NCBI GenBank assembly: GCA_002189035.1
Contig: NEEC01000011.1
Location: forward strand, 1,922,001-1,986,000
Direction: 5' to 3'
Length of the DNA: 64,000 nucleotides
From: Utricularia gibba
Taxonomy: Eukaryota; Plantae; Magnoliophyta
The translations under genes and the position numbers were made by a program. Of the stretch, positions 12,839 to 26,396 are shown one piece after another. The notes under the pieces are model-generated. The model was not told the DNA's origin. It saw nothing but the letters and a program-made list of their open reading frames with translations, and ran no database searches. Positions within the stretch are counted from its first letter, which is position 1. Each line of letters starts with the position of its first letter.

Positions 12839-13575
12839 GACGGGCGAGTAGATAACAGGAAATTGGGCCTCAAACTCAAACCATGCTCATCAAAAGCATC
12901 AAGTTCGCAGCATCACTGTTTCTTATAAAGATGGCATGGATTGGTTTTTTAATAATTAATAATAATAAAAACCTATTTTAATAGAATTATCATAACCTAT
13001 TTAATAACTAATTATATTTCATCCTACCGTTGACATGAACCTAAGAGAGAAAAAATTAAAGTCGAATAACTTGTGATATTATTCCAGACAAGAAAAGAAA
13101 TATATTTAAATAGATAAATTCACTTAATTTCGAATAAGGTTTTTTTCCCGAAAAATAAAAAAAACATCATACTTTGAGGGTTGAGTATGAGGTGTATGGT
13201 TATCTTATATCATATTTACTTATATTTGATATCAAATCAACACATTTAAATAATAATATATCAAATATTTTTTATGACATAAGCTTGGAAGGTAAATCTT
13301 AAAGTTTGTTTGGAAATATTATTTTTTCTTTAAAAAAATACTATAGAAAAAAGAAAAACACTTCTAAAGTCGTTTATTTCTTCTATGTATCTCCATCACC
13401 TTAACCAACAACCGGTTGAATTTGAGGCACCAGGAGTTAGTCTGCTGTGGTAACACAAATGCATCAAAAGAGAGAGTAATTGGACGAAAATTACATGAAC
13501 GAATGCAGTTTCTTCCCCCTTTTCTTCTGGTTAAAAAATGTGAGCGGAGTAGCCCCTGCTGCTCTGTTGGGACGC

Positions 13576-16500
13576 TCACACCGCGGCCGTGTTGAGCGAC
13601 AGGAGATCTGATATCTTGTTGGTGAAGAAGTCCGGTTGTATGCTGTTTCTGGGATCCTGAAGGCGTTCCAGAGTTGTCACGCCTGACAACACACATACCC
13701 GTTATCAGAGGAGGTGAATGAACTGCACAGCGCAGCAAAAGCGGAATCAGGGAGCAGGATCTGATTGACAGATACCTGAGAGCACAAGGAGGGTCTTGCA
13801 GCCTCCGTTCTGTCCAAAGAGAATGTCGGTGTCGAGCCGATCACCAACCATGCATATCTGTGACTTGGAGATGCTGAACCTGTCAAGGCCACGGCCCCAC
13901 AATATCAAACCAGGCTAGCTCTCTGCTACTCTGTTTAGTATGAGAGAGTACTTGACACTGGCTGCTAACAGCTTACTTGTTGGATAAGTAGTCCATCATA
14001 AAAGTAGATGGCTTTCCAACAACGATTGGTTCTTGTTGAGTGGATCCGCATATGGCACCTACCATTGAACCCCCACCTGGTGGAACAGAACAGATAAGAT
14101 GTCGAATTGAGAGGGGCCTCGATCACTACAGTGATGCCAAGCTACTCTAAGGCTACTACTATGGTGTTTTGAGACACTTTCAGATCTTAATTCTCTGCAG
14201 GAAGACGATTGACTGACACTTGCATTTTTTCGAATGTAGTAATTCTCGAAACAATGTCTAGCGGGAGGAAGTAACCTGCCCATTCTTGAGCATCTGTGAG
14301 ATGAGTTACAGCATCACGGTTGGTGGCAATGAAGAGGCAGCCAGGATTTTCCCGGATGCACAGTGTAGCATACCTTCACCAAGGAAGAGATCAGTGACAA
14401 GGTTTATCCAGAAAAATACGCTAAATAATCACAGGTCTGTCGTTTCAATTAGGAATGTTCCAGCTTGGAGACTAACTATGGATTAATGATTGCAGGGTTA
14501 CTAAGGAAAAAGCGGAGAGTGAATGATGTTTCATAGGCTACTCATCGAATTAACTTACTGAACTTTGTAATAGTTGAAGTAACGATCAAATCCCACCACC
14601 ACAGCTCCAACCTGATCCATGTAAAGTTTGAGTGTAATGAAGAACATGTTAGTTCCTCAAGGTAGCAACCAGGCGGGTGATTTGACAATGCTGTTATGCT
14701 ATTTTTAAAGTAATTTTTGACGAGTAAAAAAAGCACTAAAATATATACATCTTCATCATGCTCCATCAAAAAACCTGGTTTCAGTTCAATTTTCTTGTCG
14801 CCATCTCCCTGCAGGATAGGAGTAATACATATTAACAATCTGGAAGTGCGATAACATACCAAACTAGCACAAGAATGAATTACGAAATGGGAAAAAGTGA
14901 ATAGCAACTGAAGAAGTTCAGAGTTGCATATGCGTACCGGGCAATGTTCAACATATACTATGAGAAAGAGGTTTATTCTATGGACTATCAGCAGATTAAG
15001 AAATTTGAAAAATTAGCATAGGTAGCGCAGGGTTTAACATCTTTGCAACACAAATCTGATACCGGATGATCAAAACCTACCGGGCCGCCAAGGTACTTGA
15101 ACCCTTCTGACTCCAGCTCCTTCAATATGCCATCCTCACCAATAACATATACCTTCATTATAGTTCACAACAAAACTCAGTAATCTGAAAATAAAATCCC
15201 AGATTTACATGCTATTGCCCTACACTCATATCAACGATGTGAAGGTCATTATGATAGCATGCACGATGAGAAAGATGCTAATCAAACTTACAATGTAGTA
15301 AAACAACTTTTTAATGACTAGTAAACACTTGCCACGAGAAAATAAAAGCAAGCCTGAAGTTAAGCAGAATCTTGTGAAGAGAACAGAAGAGTCAAGCATT
15401 AGACATGAAGCACGCATTTTCTAGCAACAATGTATGTATATAAAGTCTTAATCTAGTCTGTGTTGCTAGTAGCTAATGTAAGTGAAACAAGTCTTAAGCT
15501 ATGAATATACTTCTACATGAAAACTTATAATTTATTCTTCATCTTCATCCCTGAATGTTGTAAAGAGGAAATAAAGATGGGAACAGCTTCCAAACAATTG
15601 ATATTTAGTTTGCTGACATGCTAAACTTTCACAAACCTTTTTGTCTTTAGGGAAGTTAATCGACCTGAGGTAAGCAGCAGCAGCGAAAGAAGATGCAAAG
15701 ATTTCCTCCTGATCCAAGACAATATTACCATGAGTTACAGGGATGCATTGAAGTGGTAAGTATTGCCAAGGCAGGAGAAGAGAGAAGAACCTACCTCACT
15801 GACTTCAAGACCAAGAGTTTCGAACTTCTTTCCATATTGTTTTCTAGATTTTGTTGAATTGTTGGTAACGAAAACTAGCCTTTTCCCCTAAAACAAGAAA
15901 ACAGGCGTTACTTCTGCAATCCAGCCGGTTCAACTTTAGATTATTCTAAACAGCTGACTTTTGCGCGAAGCATGTCAAGAGTTTCTGGAACTCCATCTAT
16001 CAACTTGTCTCCCTTCCATATTACTCCTGGCAAATATCAAGCAGAGTTATATTTTTATACAGATTGGTGTCTGCCAGAAGGTTTCATTGCCTCTCAAAAA
16101 TCATGCCAAGCAACAGGAAGAACAATTAACTGCAGTACTCAACAAAGTGAAACACAGACACAATTCTGAAATCCAAATTCACATGTTCCACAACTTTTTG
16201 CCCAATCTTGAACAGGTTACCAGGTAGATTCTACCATCTAACACTTCTAACCAGGGGAACCACAAGACAAATGCACTACTTGAAATCCAGGTAGGGTTGC
16301 GTCCCCCTTCACGATGTTCAACGAAATGCGACAGAATAATCTATGAATCCTAATGGGATTTCCATGGGAAGCGAAGAAAAACAAGGAAATTTGGCTTCTT
16401 TTTTTACTATAAATCGCAAATGGAAACCCAATAGCGGAAATTTGAAGGAACGCTGACCATCGCAGTCGAAGATGAATGTCTCGACGGATTGAATAAGAAG

Positions 16501-16668
16501 ATCCGGATCGCTGAGGCGGTGAGCGGAGGCACGGGAGCTGACGATGGACGCACTCATTCTGCGGGTGCTACTCTTGAAGAGTGATGGGTTCCCAAGTGCA
16601 ATATGGATCTGCCTCAGAAAGAAAGAGGAGGGGAAAGCATGAGCAGCAGAGAGTTGAGCGGTCAGCAT
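13576..16668 (-). CDS. PGLP1: Chloroplast phosphoglycolate phosphatase (HAD IIA; photorespiration)
   Basis: Eleven exons in frame: transit peptide, FIFDCDGVIWKGD (HAD motif I), [42 protein letters not shown] and [15 protein letters not shown]. Stop TGA at 13578-13576. Confidence 0.96.
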
Positions 16669-17794
16669 AGCAGCTCCTTATCCAATACTAATACAACCTC
16701 GTATTCTGATTACTCACTTTTGCAGCTATTAACCACCATCTTGGCCTGGGTGGATGGTTGTCATTTTTCTGCTGGATATGGTGGAAAGCAATTCGTGTGG
16801 ACTGCAGCTGCCTTCCTGTTCCATCCAATCATGTACATATATGCGCATAGAATTATGGAAAACAAGAAGAAGATCAATATATCTTCGTCTGCTGAATTTT
16901 GTGATGAAACAATTGATACCATATCTTCGCCTACTCAATTTGAAGTTTAAGAGAGTTGACAAACTACTGGAAATGGAGTCAGATTAGCTGACAACTTGCG
17001 TGTGTAGTCAGTGAAAGTGTCCAGATGAGCTTCACTTTTCCTACATTCGCTACCCATAGAACAATTGCGCCTCATGCACAGACCCCATCTTGAAGGTTCA
17101 ACTTGGGCTTGTCCTTCAAGAATATACTTGCGTGAAGTGTCCAGCTTTAAAGTTCAGGACCCCTTTTGGGTTCGATATGCAAACAGGCCAATGGATAGGT
17201 TGTATTGAAGTGGTGTGAGAGCTGTAATCCATGAGGAGCCAATAGCCACAGGCTCTCATTGGCTCCAAGATCAACCAAAAGATTTCCAGCATTCTAGATA
17301 AACAAGATGAAGACATTTTGGCACAGCTTCTGCAGAAACAGATGGGGACAATTAATCAATTAGCAATTTCTTCAACCTTGTGCAATGCGAAACCACACCG
17401 AAACATCACCAGCCACAGAAGAGTAATTCAACTCCATCCTTCACTGTTCACACCTCTGTCAGCTTCAGCTACACCTTTTTGTCCCACTCCTGTTTCAACG
17501 TAGATTTACTCCACTTCCCATGGCCAGCGGATTGCGCAACCCAATCCCGCCACTCACCACCCAACTACCATCATTCACTCAACCAATGGCCTCTGACATT
17601 TTTTTCAACCATACCTCCTCTTCATAGTTGTATAGTCACACTCTAGGTAATCTGACAACCGTACTTCCCACTCACAGCCCACTTCCACAACCCATCATCT
17701 TCTACACATGAGGATTGCCGTAGCAATCTCAAAGATATCGGATAAAAGGTGATGAAACAGAAACTAAGCGTAGTTGGACAATAACGTAAATGGA

Positions 17795-19337
17795 TCAAAC
17801 GGATTCACTTAAGTGCAATTCTCTTGATAGATCAGCCAAACATTCCGATCCGTGTTCCTTCTGTGGCGGAGATTCTACAGTTCTCATCCGTGCTGAGGTT
17901 ATCGTCCTACTTCCAACTGTCTCCTCGTCGGTGATCATCACATTGCACCATGTATCCAACTCGCTAATCTTCAGATGATGTCAATTGGCATCACACACTC
18001 AACCATCGGTAACCCAGTCATCCATACTGTTACTTTTCTTTAACCTCATCAGCCAGTCCAAAATGCACCAGCTCTACCATAACAAGAACCCTTACCCAAA
18101 ACAATATCACATAATTGAAGTGGTCATTTTTTATGTACACCATATACATAAACAAGTAACCATCACTGCAATTTTAGCTCCTGTCTCGGCTTCCTTTTCT
18201 AGTTATTCCCCTGCAATATGTTTTTTTTTCTTTGCAGTACCACTGTCATCCAAAGAAGAAACTTGTGATAATAACAAATCTTGCCGCTTGATTGACTCAA
18301 GAACACAAACTGGCACAATGGATGCTAAAAGCCCTGGATAAACTATTCCAGAATGCTTTTCACCACCATAGAACATGCCAGCTGGCCTTCCTTGCATAGC
18401 TTCCACAATCGCACCTCTAAAAGCAAATCTAAAGTATCAGCAGGATTACTTCCAGATTTTGAAAGAGTTCTTTCCAACCGTCCTGACCTTGAGTATTCTA
18501 CACATACGGACAATGCCTTGTCCATTAACATCCATTACTTTGTTTGATGGTTCTACTGACCAGTGGTCGATCTTACTATGTAAACCACCATATAAATCAC
18601 TACTCAAGGTATTCTCAGAAGCCTTGCAAAATGCTCCAGTGGTACCAGCTGGAAGTTCCACAAATAAAGACATCGTTTCTTTGTTTACCATATTCTTCCA
18701 ATCATTTTCTCTTGCCCTTGAACTAATCTTCCTTGCATACGTGAAGTTGCCACCAGCAGCAGATTTGCAAAGTTTTCTTTCATCATCATTGTTCTTGTGT
18801 TAACATGACCTTCCTAGTACCCAAACAGTCAGATTAAAAGCAAGATGGGAACCTTCTGTTGATACTTACACCTCCAGGTTGTGACGGTTCCCTGAATTCC
18901 GCTGTACCATATTTCCCATGAATTCTCAAACTGTTCACCAAATTCTTACGGACGACTCTCAAAACAAGTCCCCTGCAACGCAACAAACCCGTTGCTGATC
19001 ATTTCACTCAGAGAGAACTCCTGTTAGCCATCTGAGAATTTTTCACATGATTTATGCCTTACTGATTCAGTTGCAAAATTCAAAGGTCCAGAATTGACTC
19101 TCCTTGAGTGTTCCTCCCGATCATCAAGCGATGGTTCCTCTAAAATCTCATCCGATTGTTCCTCTAAAATCTCATCCGATTGTTCCGGTAATGCGCCACT
19201 CTACCCTAAGTGTGCCCGAACCAGCACCACTTCCACTCGATCCAACTGCTGGTTAATTTGCTCGAACTGCTTTTGCATAGCGTCCGAAAGTTGGTCTCTG
19301 CATCATAGAAGTCAAGATTCGGTTCATTATCGGCCAT
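17795..19337 (-). pseudogene. Degenerate gene-like locus of unknown origin; N-terminus weakly resembles an LTR-retrotransposon gag coiled coil
   Basis: ATG GCC at 19337, strong donor GT|GTAAGT near 18870, acceptor TAG near 18813, and a last exon ~17974-17795. Every frame has stops or frameshifts. DAMQKQFEQINQQLDRVE lies in a frame shifted from the ATG. The gag resemblance is from memory only. Confidence 0.4.
19134..19186. repeat. Perfect 24-bp tandem duplication
   Basis: gttcctctaaaatctcatccgatt occurs twice, followed by gttcc; reads EQSDEILE twice on the - strand. Confidence 0.95.
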
Positions 19338-21205
19338 CAGATCTTCCGCTCCGGCGCCGAACTGTATAACACGGCTAACAAGGAACAAAATTCTGGAATC
19401 CAGGCGAGGGCAATGAGCCTATTCACAATGATCTCCTCCTCCGAGTGAATACTTGTGACGAGAAGATGCGAAGAGTGCTGCCATGCGGATTTGTTGGCCT
19501 GTTGATGGGCTTACCAAGGTGGGCCGAATTTGCATTGACCCAAAGATCAAATAAAAATCATCATCTATTAATTATTGGTTAGTACATTTTTTTAATAGTA
19601 CATTTTTTTAATAGTGCAATTTGAATTTTTTTTATTTTTCAATAATATATACAAAAAAAATGATACGCTAAAACATTACAAAGATAAAGATTACCAATGT
19701 GATCAAGTGATAGTTAGTACTAGTAGTGTACATAAAAATTAGATATGATGTATAAAGCACTTTAATTGTCATGTTTTTTGAGCCATTACTTCTTGTGCTT
19801 TCATCTTTTTTTTTTCTAGAAAGAAGATGAAAAATGGAACACCAAAGAAGAGACAAAAAGAACCATAATAAACACCCAAAAGGAGTAGCCTAAAGAAACC
19901 TCCCACATGGTGTGGTGTACATTACTTTTGAACTTTGACAGTAACATGTTTGGGGACAAGGATCCATGGAATCAGAAGCATGTAAGAATGCAGACACAAT
20001 ACAATCTGATGCTCTTTTTTTCTGATAGTATGGTATCATATAGTATGTGAAGTATTGGGGACAAGACAAGCCAATTGTGTGGCAGCAATGGGAGGAAAGA
20101 GAGGAGACAAAAGGGATGTTGTGGTGGTGGCAATAGAGTAAAGAGAGAGAGGCTCGGGGCAAGTGATTCAGCCTCTTCCCCTCCTCCTCTTCTGAGGCAC
20201 ATCCTTCGGGCAATGTGCTGCTTCTTCTGACCATGTAGAATTTCAAGGAATGGTCAAGCTCCTCCTGCAGCATTTGACACTTTCAAGACACGAGACAACC
20301 CAAACCAATTCTGATTTGTCAATTCCAAACAGTTGGACAACACCACATTCAATTCCAATCAGACCTCATTACAGTAATAATGCTGCATCCCCATGTTTAT
20401 TAAACATGTCAGATCAACCGTCTCCATCCTTAACTCCTTCCTCCATTCGTTAGTTCAGCAATGGTGGTTTCCTGCTTGGGTCAAATCTGAAGAGATGTAG
20501 CTTGGAACCGGGACATAATAGAGCCCTTTAAGTTGCAGCCATTATTCATCCATCTTGTCTTGTTGATTACTGATAATGATGTAGGAGCAGTAATGAAGAT
20601 GCCCTCCACCGCCTCCACAAACACCATTATTGAATAATAACACCACCCGTATCATGTTTGTGTGCCAATAATAACAACAATCTGGTCACCCTATCTCCAT
20701 TCCTATGCCGCCTATGCTCCTCCTCCTCTCAGATCCAGTCTGAGATGAAATCAAACAGAGGTGAAGCTTCACCCCCACTCCACTCCTATTGATTTAATGC
20801 ACTCCCACTAATGTACCTTGGAGTTCCTTCATTTCCCCTTGCTAGCAGATGGAGTGCAGGTTTTGAAAAAAAGGGAGAAATGGGATAATAACAACTGCCA
20901 CTATTATGAAGAATCATAAAGTGGGTGGGGTGGGGAAGAAGGTCAGGCAACTTTACAGTGTTGGCACTGTCTAGTAAATGCTGTGAGGGCAAAAGGCATG
21001 TAGGCAATAATTCTGCATGAAATAAATACGTCCATCCGCACGTAATGTCATGGCCCCCTCACACGCGGACACACATCCTCCATCAACAAGCTGCTCTGCT
21101 CCTATTACAATACCAATACAATACTCGAACCACAACTTTTAGGGCAAGGAAACCAGGATCCAGTTTAATGTAGTAATCTTGCCCTAAACTGGTTTGTCCA
21201 CCAGA

Positions 21206-21236
21206 GGGGGTTATCGGGGGCCCTCGGGGGCGTGGG
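21206..21236 (+). other. Canonical G-quadruplex motif
   Basis: GGGGG ttatc GGGGG ccctc GGGGG cgt GGG matches G3+N1-7 four times. Confidence 0.6.
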
Positions 21237-24083
21237 CACAGTGAAGAAGAAGAACCCTATTGCCATTGCCATTTGCAGGCGCCACAGATGGACAACCCGA
21301 AATAAATGCGGCCCTTCTCCTCCTACGGCGTGCTGCTGTCCGGATAATCCCCATCCCTTTCGCTCCAACATATGCGAAATGATACTATTTTACCTTGGAG
21401 ACAAGCCTAAAGTGCATTAAGGGAGGGCGGGTGGTCCATCTCCCTCCGCCATGTTCAAATCTATTTGGATGGTCGGCAAACAGAAGGAGAAAACACCTTT
21501 TAGGGCATCAAATGAGACCCCCCATCACACGCATTCAAAAATTAACTCAAGGTTATGGGGTTTTATAGGGGCACAAGGGGGTTTGCCCCCCAAACTTATT
21601 TTGATTTAGGGTTAGGTCCATCACGTACACTAATTTAATAGGGTTGTATAAAGTATTAAAGGTGCGAAAGAAGGATCATTTAGAAAAATGAATACCTTAT
21701 GATACGTGTATGAGAAAAATGTTCATCTTCAAAAAAAAAAAAAAACATTAGACATCATTTTTGTAAATGACACTTTAGAGGGGTTTTGGCCCCCAAGCTT
21801 ATTTTTTAAATATATTAATTAAATCATGATACAATCATGATTTAAATATGATTTAATGATGAATCATTTTTTTCTAAAGTTCGAATTTAATCCAACTCTT
21901 ATCATAAATGGTTTGTAATCAAAAACTATTAATTCGTAATTTAATTACGATTTTTGAAACACTAACTATAAGACTAAGGTTACATACATGCAACAAAAAA
22001 TTAAAAACTAAAATATAATTTTGACTAGTCAAACCAGAATTAGATCTTTAAAATCTCATTTGAGATGAATTGCTCATTTTGAAAAATAGTCATTTAGAAA
22101 AATGATCATTGTTACATTCAATTAAAATTTTTTAATTTAGATGATCAATTTTATCATACACTAAAAATAAGATGTCCAGATTTATATTATACGTACATAG
22201 GTAAAATAAAATTAATAAAAATTGTAATTTTTCGTAAACATGGATGACATTATTCAAAATTATAGTAAGAACATCTTTATCAATGTCCGGAAATGCTGAC
22301 ATGGCATTTTCGGAAATTGAGTTATTAGGTTTAATTTATTAAATTTTATTTATATTTGTATTAATTTCCAAAATCATAATATTAAAATAAATAGTATAAT
22401 TACATTTTAAACTATTTCCAAAAGTAAACCAATTTTCCTCATTTCAGTTTCCATAAAAAATAAGAAACAACTGTAATTGTTTCCAAAAACATTTCTCCAT
22501 GTCCGCAGGAATGAACGCGAACTTCAATGTTTGTGATCATTTATTTAATTTACCAAAAATTTGTTAATGCTATTTTAATATTCATTTACAAATATTTATA
22601 AACACATATAGTTATTAATATATAATATATTTGTATAATTAATGTTGTTTCTTGGAAAAGTAGCCGTTGTTTCAAGTAGGTCTAATATTGAGTAATAAAT
22701 GATACAAGGAAACTAATATATATTTTTTGTAAATATTTTCTTTGCATGGAATGTCCATACGTTTTCGTGTCAAGTCAATTAGGATCCCCAGAAAGCATCA
22801 CCTACTCCACAGACAGGATTCGGAGTAATTTACAGCAGCATCCACTGACTTTTACACTAACGCAGGCAGGTTTCTTGATAATAAGTGTTTACGGAAATGG
22901 TAACTGCTGGGAGACGGTTTGGAAATGAGCATGAGCTCCTGCTGCTGCAGCAATGGCGTCTCTGTGTCCCACTGCCGTATCAGCAGGGACGGAGGCGCAG
23001 GAAATGGGGGCCGGCACTCTTGCTCCTGAGAGACGATCAAGGATCGGAAGACGGTGGGGGTGCTGTGCTGTTCGTACTGCTGCACATTGCTTACCTGATG
23101 ACGCCACAACCACAATAAAAAGGAATCAGCGAGTGGTTACGCAAGGGAGGCGGTGGGGGTGAGAGTAAAAGTCGAGGGGAGTAAATGCGAGGGCATTTAA
23201 AGCTCCATCCCGTCATCATTACATGTCCACGTCGTCTTCGCTCGTTCCGATGGGAAGAAAAATCAAACCCCTTTTTCCAGATCAATCTCTTTGGATTCCT
23301 GTAATGACAACCACTGGAGAATGTCGTAGTTTTTCAAAATGGGTCCAGCATTAATGCGTTTCCTGCTGCTAACCTTCAAGAAAGTTGCTTGCTTTACAAC
23401 CATTATGGTGTGTTGATGCTGCCAAACCAGGGTTTGCTGCCCATGGCAATGATGTTTCAAAGTGGGTATTGCTTGAAACCCAAGGTTATGCTGCTTTCTG
23501 ATGCAACAGTTTCTATTTTGCTGCAGCGTAGACCGGATTAAATACGATGGAGTCTTCTAATCTGGGTATCAGGTGGCTGCCCTTTTGAACACAAAAGCAG
23601 AGTGTGGCGCCGGGGAACTGATACATGGAGGAAGGCAGTTCATGGAACAGATCCTGGAATCGACCAGAGAGGGTGATCGTGTTCGTAGCATCTAGTGGTT
23701 AGGATTCCTCCATAATTTTGTAACAGCGCCGAGACAAAAAGTCACAAGGGTTGAGAATATTTATGAGTCCTCTCCCACTCCACTAATTGCGCAGCATTGA
23801 ATTCTTCATATATCTCTCAGTTTTACCAAAACAAGGAAATGGAACCAGAGCGGTGGAGAGGGCAGATTTTGAAAAAGAAGACTGCTTCAACTTTCAAGGT
23901 GGGTTGATTTTGTAAGATCCTGGGAGCAATTTGGAAGGAGAACAAGATAGCATTGATTGCAGTGCAGAGAGACGACGACGAGTTATTATTCTCGACTGGT
24001 AGTAAGTAATAGCGTGACATAAGAAAGAAAATTTGATTGTCACCCGGAATTAGAAATGAAACGGAAACAACAGAAAACCCTAA

Positions 24084-24692
24084 CTAAGAGGGTTCCACCG
24101 GTGTCCGGCGGTCCTCGGCGGGGGGTCCGGCGGCGGCGGATGGGAGGAAGGCGTTGATGGACAGGAGAGCTCCGGCGGTGTCGTATCCCATGTTATCAAA
24201 AGGAGGAGGGGTGGAGGGGGCGGTGGTAGAGCGGAGGAGATGTGGGGGCTGGTTTACGGGGAAGAATTGGTGGTGGAAATGATGGTGATGATGGGCGGCG
24301 GCGGCGGCGGCGGCAGCAAGGCCGGAGATTGTTATAGTGTTCTGGTACTTGGAAAGCTCAGTTTTCGCGCAGGTGAGGTCAATTTGCAGCTGACGCAGCT
24401 GGTGCTGAAGGAGAGAGATGACGCCGACGCAGCCGTACACGGGATCGCGCAGCCGCATGTCAGCTTCGTACGCGAGCGAGTTCACCGCGTCCTCCCGCTG
24501 CTGAGGCTGCAAATCATTCAGAAGCTTGGACACGTTGCTGGCGCCGAACACCTTGTGCACGTTAGCAAACTTCTGCGGCTGGTCTGGTGGGAAGTAGGGC
24601 GCAAAGACACACTCCGGCAAACATTTCCGACGCAGAAACTTACACGCTGCGCATGGCGATGTCGAGGTCGCGGATCCACAAGAAGACGCCAT
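24084..24692 (-). CDS. AS2: LOB-domain protein ASYMMETRIC LEAVES2 (LBD6) orthologue, 202 aa
   Basis: Single coding exon. C-block CAACKFLRRKC, GAS block FANVHKVFGASNV, AS2-type EADMRLRDPVYGCVGVISLLQHQLRQLQIDL..AK.ELSKYQ, then poly-Ala/poly-His. A 5'-UTR intron (~24870-24698) ends 5 nt before the ATG at 24692. Confidence 0.95.
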   Translation of the reverse strand: MASSCGSATSTSPCAACKFLRRKCLPECVFAPYFPPDQPQKFANVHKVFGASNVSKLLNDLQPQQREDAVNSLAYEADMRLRDPVYGCVGVISLLQHQLRQLQIDLTCAKTELSKYQNTITISGLAAAAAAAAHHHHHFHHQFFPVNQPPHLLRSTTAPSTPPPFDNMGYDTAGALLSINAFLPSAAAGPPAEDRRTPVEPS

Positions 24693-26396
24693 GAAACCTG
24701 CTTGAAACACCAATTGACATCCCAACGGAAAACATGAAATCAAATCAAACTGACACACCCTACCCAACGGAATTCAAAAACCCTAACTCCCACAGAATGC
24801 AGTGAAACCACCCACCCACCCAACGAAAACGAAGAAGGAACAAAAAAACTGTTGGATCAACCAACCCTTACCAGCAACAAGTTCAGTTCTGCAGCAACAA
24901 GGATAACCAAGCTTCACCCTTTTTGTCTCTGTCAGCCTCTTCCTCTCTCAGATAGATATAGGTGCGTGAAGAAAGGGAAAGGGAGAGTGTGTCTGCATTC
25001 ATGAAACGTGCATCTCTGGTAGCAGACGCAGAGGGAGACGAAGGCGGAGGAAAATCCCCCAAGAGCTATGGCTATGGGAGCGGGAGACAGCAAGCAACCA
25101 GATTGAAGAATGATAAGCAGATTCACAGGGGCAATGGAAAAAGGAAAGAAAAGTGGCGTTCAAGAGATAGATACATATGCTAAGAGGGAGGGGGCGAGTA
25201 GGGTGATAACTTAGGCGTGAATTATTGAGGGAAGGGGTAAAAGGAGTTGTAGCATGAGGAGGAGGATGAGGATGATCACCACGACGAGAATTCAGAGCTC
25301 AGAGATTTTTAGAACGACTTGTCTCCTGTCTTGACATGACATTTCCTATTAATTAATTAACTCTGTTTTTTCCCTTTTTTCTTAAATAAATAAATAAATA
25401 ACAATGAGTACGGCGCCGCGGTTACCCGGAGGAATGTTTACGTGGCATTTTTTTGTTTTAATAATATTTATATATTAAATAACATATATTAAATCATATA
25501 TTTCATCATAATGAAATGATGTGTAACGTCGAGTATCATATATTTCGATAACTTTAAGATTTAATTATTACGAGAGTGTTATTTTATATGTTTGATAGAC
25601 GACTTTTGTTAACTCAAATGTCTAAAAAACGTCATTTGGATATTTTTGATTGACGAATTTAACTCATATGTTAATAATATTATATATTTTTTAATATACG
25701 AGTATTTTGAAAAGCTATTGTAAAATACTTGAAACTAGTTATTTCTAAACTCATATGTTATGTAATTTTTGTTAAACAAAGTTAAATTTAATAATAATTA
25801 AAGTATAACTATCTTGTTATTATTAATTACTATAATTTATTAATGCCTAAGGGACTTATGATAGTATATACATTGAATATAAATGGAAGAGAGAATGTGC
25901 TTAAATAATTAGATTTCATAATCTTGCATGAGATATTTTATAAAATTATGAGTATGGAGTGTATAAAGTAAACAATAATCGTATAATAAGAGGTTTGATC
26001 ATTATTTTAAAAATATTTATGATATATAATATAATATAATACATATGTGTCAATTAAACTTTCAATCATAATTAAATAATACTTATTTATTTAAATATAA
26101 ATAACTAAAATATATTATTGATTAAACTATCTTATTTAACACCTATTGCATCTTTTGCTTTCAAAAGAAGTTTTCCAATTCTCAATTTTATTTAAAAATA
26201 TTATAATTTAACGTCTTAATAATTTTTATAAAAATTTAATGTTTTAAAACAATATATATTTTTAAATTTATTATTTTTATGTAAATTAATTTTAATTATA
26301 TTTACTATTAAATAAATTAAAGTAATAACACCAAATGGGAAGGTTGGATTGGGGTTATATTTAAATAAAGACAGTCTATAAACACAGTAACACTAA

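Noticed and set aside
19901-19910. snRNA USE-like TCCCACATGG
   Set aside because: One mismatch, no correctly spaced TATA and no snRNA body.
20920-20941. miR482/2118-like sequence on the - strand (TCTTCCCCACCCCACCCAC)
   Set aside because: Several mismatches to family members I recall, and no complementary star arm nearby.
22280-22750. Repeated (A/G)TTTCC motifs suggesting a hAT/MULE remnant
   Set aside because: No TIR pair or TSD could be defined.
23691-23707. TCTAGTGGTTAGGATTC resembling a tRNA D-arm/A-box
   Set aside because: No anticodon arm, T-arm/B-box or acceptor stem follows.
24240-24737. 165-aa + strand ORF over AS2
   Set aside because: Antisense shadow of a GC-rich CDS with no recognisable motif.
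24693-24767. N-terminal extension of AS2 in the ORF track
   Set aside because: It lies in the 5'-UTR intron (acceptor CAG 5 nt before ATG 24692).
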